This document shows positions 23,573 through 31,850 of a DNA stretch of 32,000 nt, piece by piece. How positions within the stretch are numbered: the first letter of the stretch is position 1; each line of letters starts with the position of its first letter. Source of the stretch: Acaryochloris thomasi RCC1774 (GTDB lineage: Bacteria > Cyanobacteriota > Cyanobacteriia > Thermosynechococcales > Thermosynechococcaceae); NCBI RefSeq assembly GCF_003231495.1, contig NZ_PQWO01000012.1, forward strand, positions 60,001 to 92,000. Direction: 5' to 3'. Below the pieces are notes generated by a model. It was not told the DNA's origin and searched no databases. It was given only the letters and a program-made list of their open reading frames with translations. The translations under genes and the position numbers were made by a program.

Positions 23573-24544
23573 CTAGCAGCAGCCACCCCCGTCATAGTGC
23601 CAAGTCGAATCTGTCACCACCACCTGCTGAGGGTGAGACTTCGCCATATTCCTTGCCGTCTTATCACATACGGCCACGGGAACGCCTAGAGTGAGAATAT
23701 GTCCGGCCTGATCGTCGAAGTAGGAGTGAGGTCCGGTATAAATAGCCGTCTTTCCTGTAAAGACGCAGGCACCATCATCTGCAATATCAACCTTAAAAGA
23801 GACCGTATCTAAGCTCTCCAGCAGCAAATTTTCATCCATGCTGTAATTTTCTTTGTCCAGCAGCCGATAAGGTCGACGAGTACGGACCTCCACTTGACCA
23901 AAACCGGCCTTAATAATCCGCTGAACGTATTGCTCATAGGTCAATGCACCGGACAGACACATCGCTCGTAAGCGATCATCCTGCTGCAAATGCTCAGGGA
24001 TAGCGCGAGTGGCAATAGGATCGCTCATGACCAAGCGACCACCGGGCTTCAGCACACGGTAGGTCTCTTGGAGTGCCCGGGTCAAATCTTCTGGCTCAAA
24101 AATGTTGAACAGGCAATTCTGAGCAACAACATCAACAGACGCATCCGCGACTGGTAGAGAGAAGGCATCTCCCTGACGTAGCTCAACGAAACTCGTTTCA
24201 AACCAATCATTGTCTTCGGCTGCTAGCTCTAAATTTCGAGCGGCGGCCTGCCGCATCTCATCAACTGGATCAACCGCGATGACGGCACCTGCGCGGCGGG
24301 AGAAGTAGGAAAACTGAAGGGCCTCTAAACCACCACCCACACCAACGTAGAGTACCGTTGGGGCACCTGATAGCTCTGCAGCATGAACGGTTGTGCCACA
24401 GCCATAATTCATCTCCTGCATTTGCAGAGGGATTTTAAGGCCTGGCAACTGCAGGGGCGTACTCTGAACACAGCACAGCCCTACATCGGGAGTTTCAGCA
24501 ACTTCGCTATAAAATTTGGCAGCGGATTCAAGATAGGTCATCAC
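23573..24544 (-). CDS. arsM: ArsM-like SAM-dependent (arsenite) methyltransferase
   Basis: 323 aa with the ArsM layout: an N-terminal Cys pair (GLCCVQ), NYGCG, the SAM motif VLYVGVGGGLEA, LKPGGRLVMSD, a conserved Cys in RAMCLSGAL, a C-terminal domain with GACVFTGKTAIYTG, and a terminal GGGCC. It lies directly upstream of arsS. Confidence 0.7.
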   Translation of the reverse strand: MMTYLESAAKFYSEVAETPDVGLCCVQSTPLQLPGLKIPLQMQEMNYGCGTTVHAAELSGAPTVLYVGVGGGLEALQFSYFSRRAGAVIAVDPVDEMRQAAARNLELAAEDNDWFETSFVELRQGDAFSLPVADASVDVVAQNCLFNIFEPEDLTRALQETYRVLKPGGRLVMSDPIATRAIPEHLQQDDRLRAMCLSGALTYEQYVQRIIKAGFGQVEVRTRRPYRLLDKENYSMDENLLLESLDTVSFKVDIADDGACVFTGKTAIYTGPHSYFDDQAGHILTLGVPVAVCDKTARNMAKSHPQQVVVTDSTWHYDGGGCC

Positions 24545-24947
24545 AGTCTTTGCTATTCAATAGATGGGCTAGGCAGAACGTCTAGTTCAACTGATTCTCG
24601 CAGTTTTAACGACATAATAGACAAGGTTTTGTTGAGGTCTACACTGCAAATGACCGAGAATGTCCTGCAGCACCAAAGGGGGATAGGCCGAGAGTGGAGA
24701 CCTTATCCGTTTGCTCGGATTAGTACCATAAAAAGCCAGGTCCCTGAATTTTCCCTGAGAACAACCCGATAGAAAGTTAAAGTCTGGTTTCCCTCAGCGG
24801 CGAAGCCTGGGGTAAAGCTGTTGAGGCATCGATTTTGAAGCAAGGGCACTACTTAAGCTATTTATTTCGAAAATTTAGATTCAAAAGTTCCCCTGACGAC
24901 TGACTATCCTGGAACACAGTCACTGTAAATTATTCCCACTGTGATGA

Positions 24948-25304
24948 CTATGTGGAATCTTGCCGCGAATCTTCTGCTTCAGAATGCAGCGTCGTCCCTG
25001 GCGTCAGGTATATAAACTTCGCGCCAGAGGGTGCAGCCGGTTTATGCCAGACCCCTTTCGGAATCACAAAAGAAGAGCCAGCAGGGGCGACAAAATGTTC
25101 TGGCTCCGCCCCCTGCATGAGCGTGACTTCAAACTCACCTTCAATAATGTAGAAAAACTCATCTGTATCGGGATGCATCTCCCAGACTGGAGAAATGCCG
25201 GTAATGCCACAAGCTCCCACAATAGAGCCATTGAAGGACGCTATGTTCAAGAAAGAACCTGCGGGGTTAACAGCTAGTTCAGAACGGATATTTTTGATTT
25301 CCAT
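24948..25304 (-). CDS. cupin domain-containing protein
   Basis: 118 aa with the cupin_2 core HPDTDEFFYIIEGEFEVTL...FVIPKGVWHKP. Confidence 0.8.
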   Translation of the reverse strand: MEIKNIRSELAVNPAGSFLNIASFNGSIVGACGITGISPVWEMHPDTDEFFYIIEGEFEVTLMQGAEPEHFVAPAGSSFVIPKGVWHKPAAPSGAKFIYLTPGTTLHSEAEDSRQDST

Positions 25305-25336
25305 GGGCCTGTTCTGTCACTCACAACGACCGTCAC

Positions 25337-26257
25337 CTAGTGCAGAATTTGCGTGAGGGCTTGCTTAACTTGAGGGTACTGATACCTGAATCCAGAGGCC
25401 TGAGTGTTCTGTGGCTGAACATTCTGTCCCGTCAAAATGACCTGCGCGGCTTCTCCCAGAAGTAGCTCTAAGGCAAACCCAGGGACAGGCAACCAAGAAG
25501 GACGATTAATAACCTTGCCTAACGTTGAGCAAAATTCGTTCATCCGCACAGGCTGAGGGGCTGTGGCATTATAGACCCCTGCCATCTGATTCTCCGTTAG
25601 GGCTTTAATGATCAGGCTTACTAAGTCATCACGATGCACCCACGAGAACCATTGGCGACCGGTCCCGACGGGGCCACCGCCGAATAGCTGAAAGGGAGGT
25701 AGCATGCGCTCCAATGCTCCACCTTTACCCAAGACAATGCCAATGCGAACGATCACGAGGCGAGTTCCAACGTCCTTGACAGACTGTGCTGCAGCTTCCC
25801 AGGATTGGCACACCTGCGCTAGAAAGTCATCACCGCTGGCGCTGGTCTCATCAAAGGTAGCGGTCTCGCTGGTGCCGTAGTAGCCGATGGCAGAAGCGTT
25901 AATCAAAACGCTAGGCTTTGCGTCAGCTTTAGCAATCGCCTCAACAATTTTTTCAGTTCCCAACTTGCGACTGGCAATGATTTCTTGTTTGTTATTGGCA
26001 GTCCAGCGTTCGCCGAATAAAGGCTCACCCGCTAAGTTAACAACACCGTCACAGCCCGAGATCTGAGCCTGCCAATCCCCCGACTCCTTGGGAGTGTAGG
26101 CAACAGCCTCAACCTGCGGGAACTCAGACCGAGGGAAGAGTTCGCCCGCCCTTCGAACATCCCGAGCAAGGACGATGACGCCATGTCCTTCTGCCTGCAG
26201 GCACTCGACAAGACGCTGCCCCACAAAGCCTGTTGCGCCTGTAATTGCTAACTTCAT
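25337..26257 (-). CDS. TIGR01777-family NAD-dependent epimerase/dehydratase (SDR39U1/YfcH-like, C-terminal DUF1731)
   Basis: 306 aa with the Rossmann motif [12 protein letters not shown] and the C-terminal signature [49 protein letters not shown]. Confidence 0.85.
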   Translation of the reverse strand: MKLAITGATGFVGQRLVECLQAEGHGVIVLARDVRRAGELFPRSEFPQVEAVAYTPKESGDWQAQISGCDGVVNLAGEPLFGERWTANNKQEIIASRKLGTEKIVEAIAKADAKPSVLINASAIGYYGTSETATFDETSASGDDFLAQVCQSWEAAAQSVKDVGTRLVIVRIGIVLGKGGALERMLPPFQLFGGGPVGTGRQWFSWVHRDDLVSLIIKALTENQMAGVYNATAPQPVRMNEFCSTLGKVINRPSWLPVPGFALELLLGEAAQVILTGQNVQPQNTQASGFRYQYPQVKQALTQILH

Positions 26258-26476
26258 ACTGCTTTTACACTCAGTGTTTCGCTCCGATCATACAAAACTC
26301 TGTGCTACACAAGCGACTCACATATTTTAGGCAACAGACATTGATCTCGAAGCACGATTCGCAGGCACAGCCCTCCAAGTCGCGCTTTACTTCCACTGCG
26401 AGAAAATGTCAAGATCTATTGCGATAAGTTTACGTATGTGATATATTTGTTTACAAATCAATACAAGGGAGTCTAC

Positions 26477-26647
26477 ATGATCAGTACAACTGACGAACGC
26501 GGCGTTATCAATAACTTTGCTAAAGATCCCGTTGCGTCTGCGGCTGAATATCCTTCTGAGGCTCAGCAGCGTCGCTACTGGATCATGGGTGCTGCAAGCA
26601 CTGTTTTCATGGCAGGCGTCTTTGCCCTTGCCTATGCAGTCAGTTAG
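26477..26647 (+). CDS. one-helix light-harvesting-like (HLIP/Scp-related) small membrane protein, copy A
   Basis: 56 aa: MISTTDERGVINNFAKDPVASAAEYPSEAQQRRYWIMGAASTVFMAGVFALAYAVS. It has an HLIP-like N-terminus (NNFA) and a single C-terminal TM helix, but the ExxNGR chlorophyll-binding motif reads EAQQRR. The SD AAGGGAG lies 5 nt before the ATG. The track start (GTG 26438) is not supported by copy B. Confidence 0.75.
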   Translation: MISTTDERGVINNFAKDPVASAAEYPSEAQQRRYWIMGAASTVFMAGVFALAYAVS

Positions 26648-26711
26648 GTACCACCCTAATGGCTCATCTGCTCAATCTTTGTTTACAACACTATAAAAAA
26701 AGGAATTTTTA

Positions 26712-26882
26712 ATGATCAGCACAACTGACGAACGTGGCGTTATCAACAACTTTGCAAAGGATCCTGTTGCGTCTGCGGCTGAATATCCTTCTGAGGCTCA
26801 GCAGCGTCGCTACTGGATCATGGGTGCTGCAAGCACTGTTTTCATGGCAGGCGTCTTTGCCCTTGCCTATGCAGTCAGTTAG
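26712..26882 (+). CDS. one-helix light-harvesting-like small membrane protein, copy B (tandem duplicate)
   Basis: Missing from the ORF track because it is under 60 aa. It encodes a protein 100% identical to copy A. AAGGAA lies upstream of the ATG at 26712. The track ORFs 26709..26936(-) and 26734..26925(+) are shadows of this gene. Confidence 0.75.
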   Translation: MISTTDERGVINNFAKDPVASAAEYPSEAQQRRYWIMGAASTVFMAGVFALAYAVS

Positions 26883-27217
26883 ATTTAGCAAGTTTGTTGA
26901 CCGCTTGATTAACGAGCACCCATGAGAATTGTTCAATGTTCCTTCTGCTATCGCTGGCTATTGTTGGCTGGGTTTCGGCCTCAGCCTTAGGCACTCAGGC
27001 TCACTTTCGAGGTGGGGAACAGCCCCATGCTCGCGGTATCCGTGAGTCTTTTGTCAGACTGACGGCCATAATTACAGGACGAGGGACAGATCTTAGTCGT
27101 AAGGCCGTCGCAGATCAGGCGAGCCGCACTGGATTTTGAGGCAGGTTTCGTGAATCCTCTCACCCTCAGTTAGGGAGATGTGCGAGGAAAACGAAGATAA
27201 TTCAACGAGTTACGAGC

Positions 27218-28672
27218 TTAGCCCATCTCAAACAGGAGGTGGGCTAAACTATGGGGCAATGGCAGAATAATGAGCAGCAGTAGGGCCAGAGAAACAAGGC
27301 CCAGCAGGTCTCGTCTGTTATCGAGTTCACTCACATCGTTAAGGGCTGGTTCATCAATGGCGGGAAGGCACAGAAGAATGATGGCCCACAGCAATAGCAA
27401 GGGCTGAATAAAAGATAGTAATAAAACCAACAGACGGGTCACCTGGCCGATGATGGCTCCGTTACGATGGCCAAACATGGCGTGAACGATATGTCCGCCA
27501 TCTAGTTGGCCAACGGGCATCAGGTTGAGGGCGGTAACGATTAATCCCAGCCAACCTGCGATCGCAACTGGGTGTAAATCAATCATCTGCGCCATCGTCA
27601 GCTCAGTGGGGAAAGCTGCTTTGCTAATAAGTGCAAACAGAATAGAGATGCTGGGATTAAAGGCGTTCGTATCTAAGAGACTTGGCTGGGTCGGGATGCT
27701 GGTAAGAGAAGAGTGCATCAGCCCCCAGGTCAGTAGTGGCATCGTCACGACGAAGCCCGCCAGCGGTCCCGCTAATCCGATATCAAAAAGCGCCGTTCGA
27801 TTGGGAACCGGAGAGCGCATTTGAATAAAGGCCCCAAACGTACCGAAACTGAAGGGCGGTGGCATCGGAATAAAGTAGGGGAGCGTTGCCTTGATTTTGT
27901 AAAAGCGGGCCGTTAGATAATGCCCAGATTCATGAATGCCCAAAATCAGCATAATTGCGATCGCATAGGGTAGCCCACCCCTCAGAACCGACAGATCTGT
28001 AAAAGACTGCCAAGTCAGCTCAGGCATCACGAGCTTAGCGCCAGCAAGCGTGGTGGTGATGAAAGTCGCGAATAGGAGGCCCAACGCCAGAACTGGTCGC
28101 GTTAATTGTCGGGCCTTCCGATTTCTTTGCGGATCGGGAACTAGCGCAAAAAACGGCTGGTTTTGAGCGCCTACCTGAAAGATCACAAGATAGCGATCGC
28201 CAAACTGCTGCCGAACATTATCGCGAATCGTTTGGTAGGCAGCATTGGCCTGCGCCTTCAACTGCCCTCGGCAAATAATTGCCTGGGGTTTGTAGTCAAT
28301 TTTTTGCAAAAAATAGGTAGACCAAGGGAAGCAGGTTTGCAGCTGACTTTCTTCAGCCTTCGTCAGAGATAGGGGTTGAGGTTCAGGCATGGTCTTGATC
28401 TGCGGTTCAGATGATGGCGATGCAGAGCGCTTGGGATTCAAGCGCACGAGAGCTACATAGAGAATAGAACTCATCAGAAAAGAGCCAATTACCAAAGGGG
28501 GTGGAATCGGATCCTCGGTGCCATTGGCCGATACCCAGCCCACCATCAGTACCGCTGGAGCCATTAGGATTGCCCACAGAACCCACCAGGGCGTTTGGGT
28601 TACATAGACAACGCTGTATTGGACAATGAAGTACAGCAGCAATCCGAGCAGCAGCAGAGAGAACCAAATCAT
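27218..28672 (-). CDS. site-2 protease family (M50) intramembrane metalloprotease, EGY-like
   Basis: 484 aa, polytopic, with the HExxH motif in a TM helix (GIHESGHYLTA) and NLMPVGQLDGGH (NxxPxxxLDG). Confidence 0.9.
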   Translation of the reverse strand: MIWFSLLLLGLLLYFIVQYSVVYVTQTPWWVLWAILMAPAVLMVGWVSANGTEDPIPPPLVIGSFLMSSILYVALVRLNPKRSASPSSEPQIKTMPEPQPLSLTKAEESQLQTCFPWSTYFLQKIDYKPQAIICRGQLKAQANAAYQTIRDNVRQQFGDRYLVIFQVGAQNQPFFALVPDPQRNRKARQLTRPVLALGLLFATFITTTLAGAKLVMPELTWQSFTDLSVLRGGLPYAIAIMLILGIHESGHYLTARFYKIKATLPYFIPMPPPFSFGTFGAFIQMRSPVPNRTALFDIGLAGPLAGFVVTMPLLTWGLMHSSLTSIPTQPSLLDTNAFNPSISILFALISKAAFPTELTMAQMIDLHPVAIAGWLGLIVTALNLMPVGQLDGGHIVHAMFGHRNGAIIGQVTRLLVLLLSFIQPLLLLWAIILLCLPAIDEPALNDVSELDNRRDLLGLVSLALLLLIILPLPHSLAHLLFEMG

Positions 28673-28722
28673 GCAATGCGATAGAGTGTGGACTCAACAG
28701 AAACAGGCGGCAAGAGAACATC

Positions 28723-29382
28723 GTGAGTAAAGCAGCACAGCAGGTTCTTGACTCAATTTTTGCCTTTCCTCCTAATCGAGAAACGTTAGGAGGGACCGCT
28801 TACCTCATTGTAGGCAATCCCTGGAACATCCTGGTAGATTGCCCTGCTTGGACCCCGGAGAACCAAAGCTTTATCGCTAGTCACGGCCCCGTTCAATGGC
28901 TGGCAATCACCCATCGTCAGGGGATTGGTGCCCATATTTCGCAAATGCAGCAGACCCTAGCCTGTCAAATTGCGATTCAAGAGCAGGAAGCCTACTTGTT
29001 GCCTAACTTACCGGTCACGGCCTTTCAAGACCGTTTATCCCTTTCAGACGATAGCTATCTGCTATGGACGCCCGGGCATTCGCCAGGTTCGGCCTGTTGT
29101 TACGACCGGCGGAGCCGCGTTCTGTTCACAGGGCGGCATCTCCTCCCTAATCTACAGGGACAGCCCACACCTCTACGAACGGCAAAGACTTTCCACTGGC
29201 CCCGTCAAATTCGCAGTCTTGAGAAGCTGCAAACTAGCTTTACGTCAGAGACATTGCAGTTTATCTGTCCCGGAGCCAACACTGGTTTTTTGCGCGGCCG
29301 ACGAGTGATTGACCACGCCTATCAGGCTATTTGCAACCTCCAGCCGGATCGTTTACGGTGGGTTGAAATCCATGACGGGTGA
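28723..29382 (+). CDS. MBL-fold protein with degenerate metal-binding motif
   Basis: GTG start, 219 aa: FPPNRETLGGTAYLIVG..NILVDCP, LAITHRQGIGAH in place of HxHxDH, WTPGHSPGS and LFTGRHL. It is a paralog of the MBL part of 30606..31478. Confidence 0.7.
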   Translation: MSKAAQQVLDSIFAFPPNRETLGGTAYLIVGNPWNILVDCPAWTPENQSFIASHGPVQWLAITHRQGIGAHISQMQQTLACQIAIQEQEAYLLPNLPVTAFQDRLSLSDDSYLLWTPGHSPGSACCYDRRSRVLFTGRHLLPNLQGQPTPLRTAKTFHWPRQIRSLEKLQTSFTSETLQFICPGANTGFLRGRRVIDHAYQAICNLQPDRLRWVEIHDG

Positions 29383-29475
29383 GAACAAGGCCCTATTGGA
29401 CACACAAAGGGAATCGAATCATCCGTGGAGAGAGTTATCGCCCCGACTACGCAGTGCCAGGTGAGGGGATAGAGA

Positions 29476-30483
29476 ATGCAGCTTCCCTATGTTCAGCTAT
29501 TGATCATTGAAGATGATGCGCTGGACGTTGAAATTGTCCGAGAGTGGTTGGCGGAGATTCCATCATTCTTAGTTACCCTTGAGCATTGTGAGACTTTGGC
29601 GGCGGGGCTTGAGAGACTCAAAGATAGTCATGCTCCAATCCATTTGGCGCTGCTAGATCTGAACTTGCCAGATGCCCAGGGACTCAGCGGTCTCCTCAAG
29701 CTACATCAAGCTTTTCCCAAGCTACCGATCATTATTTTCAGCGGCAATACCGATGAGAGGCTGGCCTTAGAGGCGGTTCAAAAAGGCGCACAGGACTATC
29801 TCATCAAAGGACAGTTTGATGGCAAACTGCTCCAGCACAGTGTTCGCTATGCCATCGAACGGCAGAAGCTTTATTTAGAGCTAGAAGATAAGACACGGCA
29901 ACTACAGCTGCTATCTCAGCAGCTAGAGACGAATAATCAAAAGCTAGAGCAGCTGGCAACGATTGACAGCTTGACTCAGATTAACAATCGACGACAGCTT
30001 GATCAGCTCTATCAAGCTGAGTGGAAGCGCCTGTGCCGGGAACAGCGGCCTCTCTCTTTGCTCATGTGTGATGTTGACTATTTCAAAGCCTATAACGACG
30101 CCTACGGCCATCCAGCCGGAGACCTGTGCTTACAGCAAGTCGCTCAGGTGCTGCTCAAGTCAGCCAAGCGCCCTGCTGACTGTGTGGCTCGCTATGGTGG
30201 CGAAGAATTTATGGTGATCTTACCTAACACTGATGTAGCTGGTGCAGTGCATGTGGCAGGGCTTATTCAATCAGGCTTACATCAAATACATTTACACCAT
30301 GCGCACTCATCAGCTAGCGATCGGGTAACGCTGAGCATCGGGGTTGCCAGTCAAGTCCCAATGTCTGGGGTGGATCCTGCTGTGCTGATTGCAGCGGCGG
30401 ACCAGGCTCTATATGCGGCAAAAAATCAGGGACGGGACTGCATTCAAGCTTATCCAGACAATCCGAGCCATCCCAGTAGCTAA
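29476..30483 (+). CDS. response regulator receiver - coiled coil - GGDEF diguanylate cyclase
   Basis: REC domain: LLIIEDDALDVEIV, phospho-acceptor LALLDLNLPDAQG, IIFSG and a conserved K in DYLIKG. GGDEF domain: an active-site RYGGEEF preceded by an intact I-site (RPAD) at the canonical distance. Confidence 0.9.
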   Translation: MQLPYVQLLIIEDDALDVEIVREWLAEIPSFLVTLEHCETLAAGLERLKDSHAPIHLALLDLNLPDAQGLSGLLKLHQAFPKLPIIIFSGNTDERLALEAVQKGAQDYLIKGQFDGKLLQHSVRYAIERQKLYLELEDKTRQLQLLSQQLETNNQKLEQLATIDSLTQINNRRQLDQLYQAEWKRLCREQRPLSLLMCDVDYFKAYNDAYGHPAGDLCLQQVAQVLLKSAKRPADCVARYGGEEFMVILPNTDVAGAVHVAGLIQSGLHQIHLHHAHSSASDRVTLSIGVASQVPMSGVDPAVLIAAADQALYAAKNQGRDCIQAYPDNPSHPSS

Positions 30484-30605
30484 ATGTGTCAATCCTTAGG
30501 GTAGGTGGCTTGGGCAGACCGTCTTGATGAAGATGGCGAGAGGATCAAGGTAAGCTCAGACTCTTCCGCTGATGCTGTTGACCGAATTTTGGTGCGTTCG
30601 GTTGT

Positions 30606-31478
30606 TTAAACCGTGTCCATCCAATCAATACAGTCCTGGAGCTGCTGTTGCATGCGTTGAGGGTCGGCAGAGTGACGACGACCGTGGCCTGGGAGTACCC
30701 ACTCAAATCGGTAGTCTAGGAGGCGCTTCATCGCTTCAATTTGTTGCGGCCAGGAATACCAGCAAAAGCGATGAAAGCCGACGAGGTGGTCCAAGGTCCG
30801 CGACCATGCAAGGTGATCGCCGGTAAAAAGAAAGCGATTTTGATATAGCAAAACGGTATGCCCCTTGGTGTGGCCTGGGACGGGGATGATCTGCAGGTCT
30901 GGTGCCAATTTAAAAGACTCTTGGCCTTCAAGCTGGATCTCAACCTCTTGGGTCGCAGGTGTGATGTCGTCTTGGTGGAGGATGCGATCGCAACCAAATC
31001 GCTCCCGAAATTTTTCATGATCGGCCACATCATCCCGATGGGTGAGGTAGAGATAGCGTATGCCCCCCAGTGCCTCCAGGTTTTTAACCAGCGGCGGCGC
31101 AAACCGAGGAGAATCCACCAGCACGTTGCCCTCCGGTCGCTGAATGAAGTAGCTCGCCGCCCCAAAAGACTTTTCAGAATGGTAGCCGCAGTGATAGACC
31201 CCATCCTCAATCAACAGCGGAAAGCTTTGCTGCGCCTTACGGATATCCCTAGGCTTCTCCACCGTACCAATCGAAGCAGTTGGGCAAGCTAACAATGCCT
31301 GTAGACTCTCCAAACGCTCCTGCTCAGTGGCAGGCTGATGATAAACCGCCGACTGACCTGCCTCACGGCTGAAAACCTGAGGCGTCATCCAGCGACAGGT
31401 ATCGCAGTCGATGCAGGTGCTATCAACGTAAAACTCACCTGCGACATTTTCAGTTCGTCGTTCGGTTAAATGGGCCAT
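30606..31478 (-). CDS. ferredoxin-domain / MBL-fold metallo-hydrolase fusion protein
   Basis: The N-terminal 4Fe-4S-type motif is EFYVDSTCIDCDTCRWMTPQVF. The MBL core is YLYLTHRDDVADH, VPGHTKGHTVLLY and LFTGDHL. I prefer the ATG at 31478 (MAHLTERR, with GAGAGGGGAAAGC upstream) over the TTG at 31493. Confidence 0.8.
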   Translation of the reverse strand: MAHLTERRTENVAGEFYVDSTCIDCDTCRWMTPQVFSREAGQSAVYHQPATEQERLESLQALLACPTASIGTVEKPRDIRKAQQSFPLLIEDGVYHCGYHSEKSFGAASYFIQRPEGNVLVDSPRFAPPLVKNLEALGGIRYLYLTHRDDVADHEKFRERFGCDRILHQDDITPATQEVEIQLEGQESFKLAPDLQIIPVPGHTKGHTVLLYQNRFLFTGDHLAWSRTLDHLVGFHRFCWYSWPQQIEAMKRLLDYRFEWVLPGHGRRHSADPQRMQQQLQDCIDWMDTV

Positions 31479-31850
31479 GCTTTCCCCTCTCAATCGCGGC
31501 TAACTCTAGCTTAGCGTCTGCATTCAAGCGCGAGAGGGGGCGACAAATTTACTTCCACCTCGATACCCCTTCACAAAAAAGCTGCTCCCCAGCAGAACCA
31601 ATGCCAGAGAGCATCCATAAATCAGTGGTCTTTTGTGTTCCCCAGATCACCGAATACTCCCAGCCTCCATTGCCGGGAGATATATATAATCTAACCGCGT
31701 GATTTTTCAGAACCCTGAGTAAAAATACGGATTAATTCGGTTTTTTCAAGGTTGACGATCAATCTATAGCCGTCGCCAGCTGAGTTAAGATAGCGCGGCT
31801 CCGGCACATAACTTTCAATCGCTTTGATGTCCTAATCAATATGTCGAAGG

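Noticed and set aside
24383-24772. 129-aa plus-strand ORF spanning the arsM start and its upstream spacer
   Set aside because: It overlaps the arsM N-terminus antisense. Its translation has no motifs and an unprotein-like composition, and it has no SD. It is likely spurious.
24545-24947. Riboswitch (cobalamin or SAM type) in the arsM leader, suggested by AGGGAA-containing segments
   Set aside because: I found no B12 box (GCCACTG-like), no SAM-I or SAM-II core motifs and no convincing multi-stem junction by eye. I kept only the generic observation of a long leader with repeats.
26438-26476. GTG-initiated 13-codon N-terminal extension of small-protein copy A, as in the ORF track (MIYLFTNQYKGVY...)
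   Set aside because: Copy B has no equivalent extension and is preceded by unrelated sequence. A good SD (AAGGGAG) sits directly before the ATG at 26477, and sequence conservation between the copies begins at that ATG.
26936-27139. 67-aa plus-strand ORF (MFLLLSLAIVGWVSASALG...) downstream of the duplicated small genes
   Set aside because: It has a hydrophobic N-terminus but no ribosome-binding site, no recognisable family and an Arg/Gly-rich remainder. The evidence is too thin to call it a gene, although a real small secreted peptide cannot be excluded.
30581-30602. Hairpin ACCGAA-ttttggtgcg-TTCGGT between the convergent GGDEF and Fd-MBL genes
   Set aside because: The stem is 6 bp and only a modest U-tract (UGUUUAAAC) follows on the plus strand. 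The hairpin abuts the stop codon of the minus-strand gene. It is a possible bidirectional terminator but weak.
31575-31595. Weak minus-strand hairpin CTGCT-gggg-AGCAG followed by CTTTTTTG
   Set aside because: The stem is only 5 bp, so stability is doubtful. It might terminate transcription from the cca-like gene, but the evidence is not strong enough for a feature call.
31691-31831. Minus-strand 46-codon frame DIKAIESYVPEPRYLNSAGDGYRLIVNLEKTELIRIFTQGSEKSRG, reminiscent of a ParE/RelE-type toxin (dl..I..yi ... gdYRliy.....i.I.ri.h)
   Set aside because: It is bounded by an upstream in-frame stop and has only an internal GTG as a possible start. It is about half the length of a real toxin, and no antitoxin partner is visible. 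At best it is a decayed remnant, and the similarity is too weak to call without a search.
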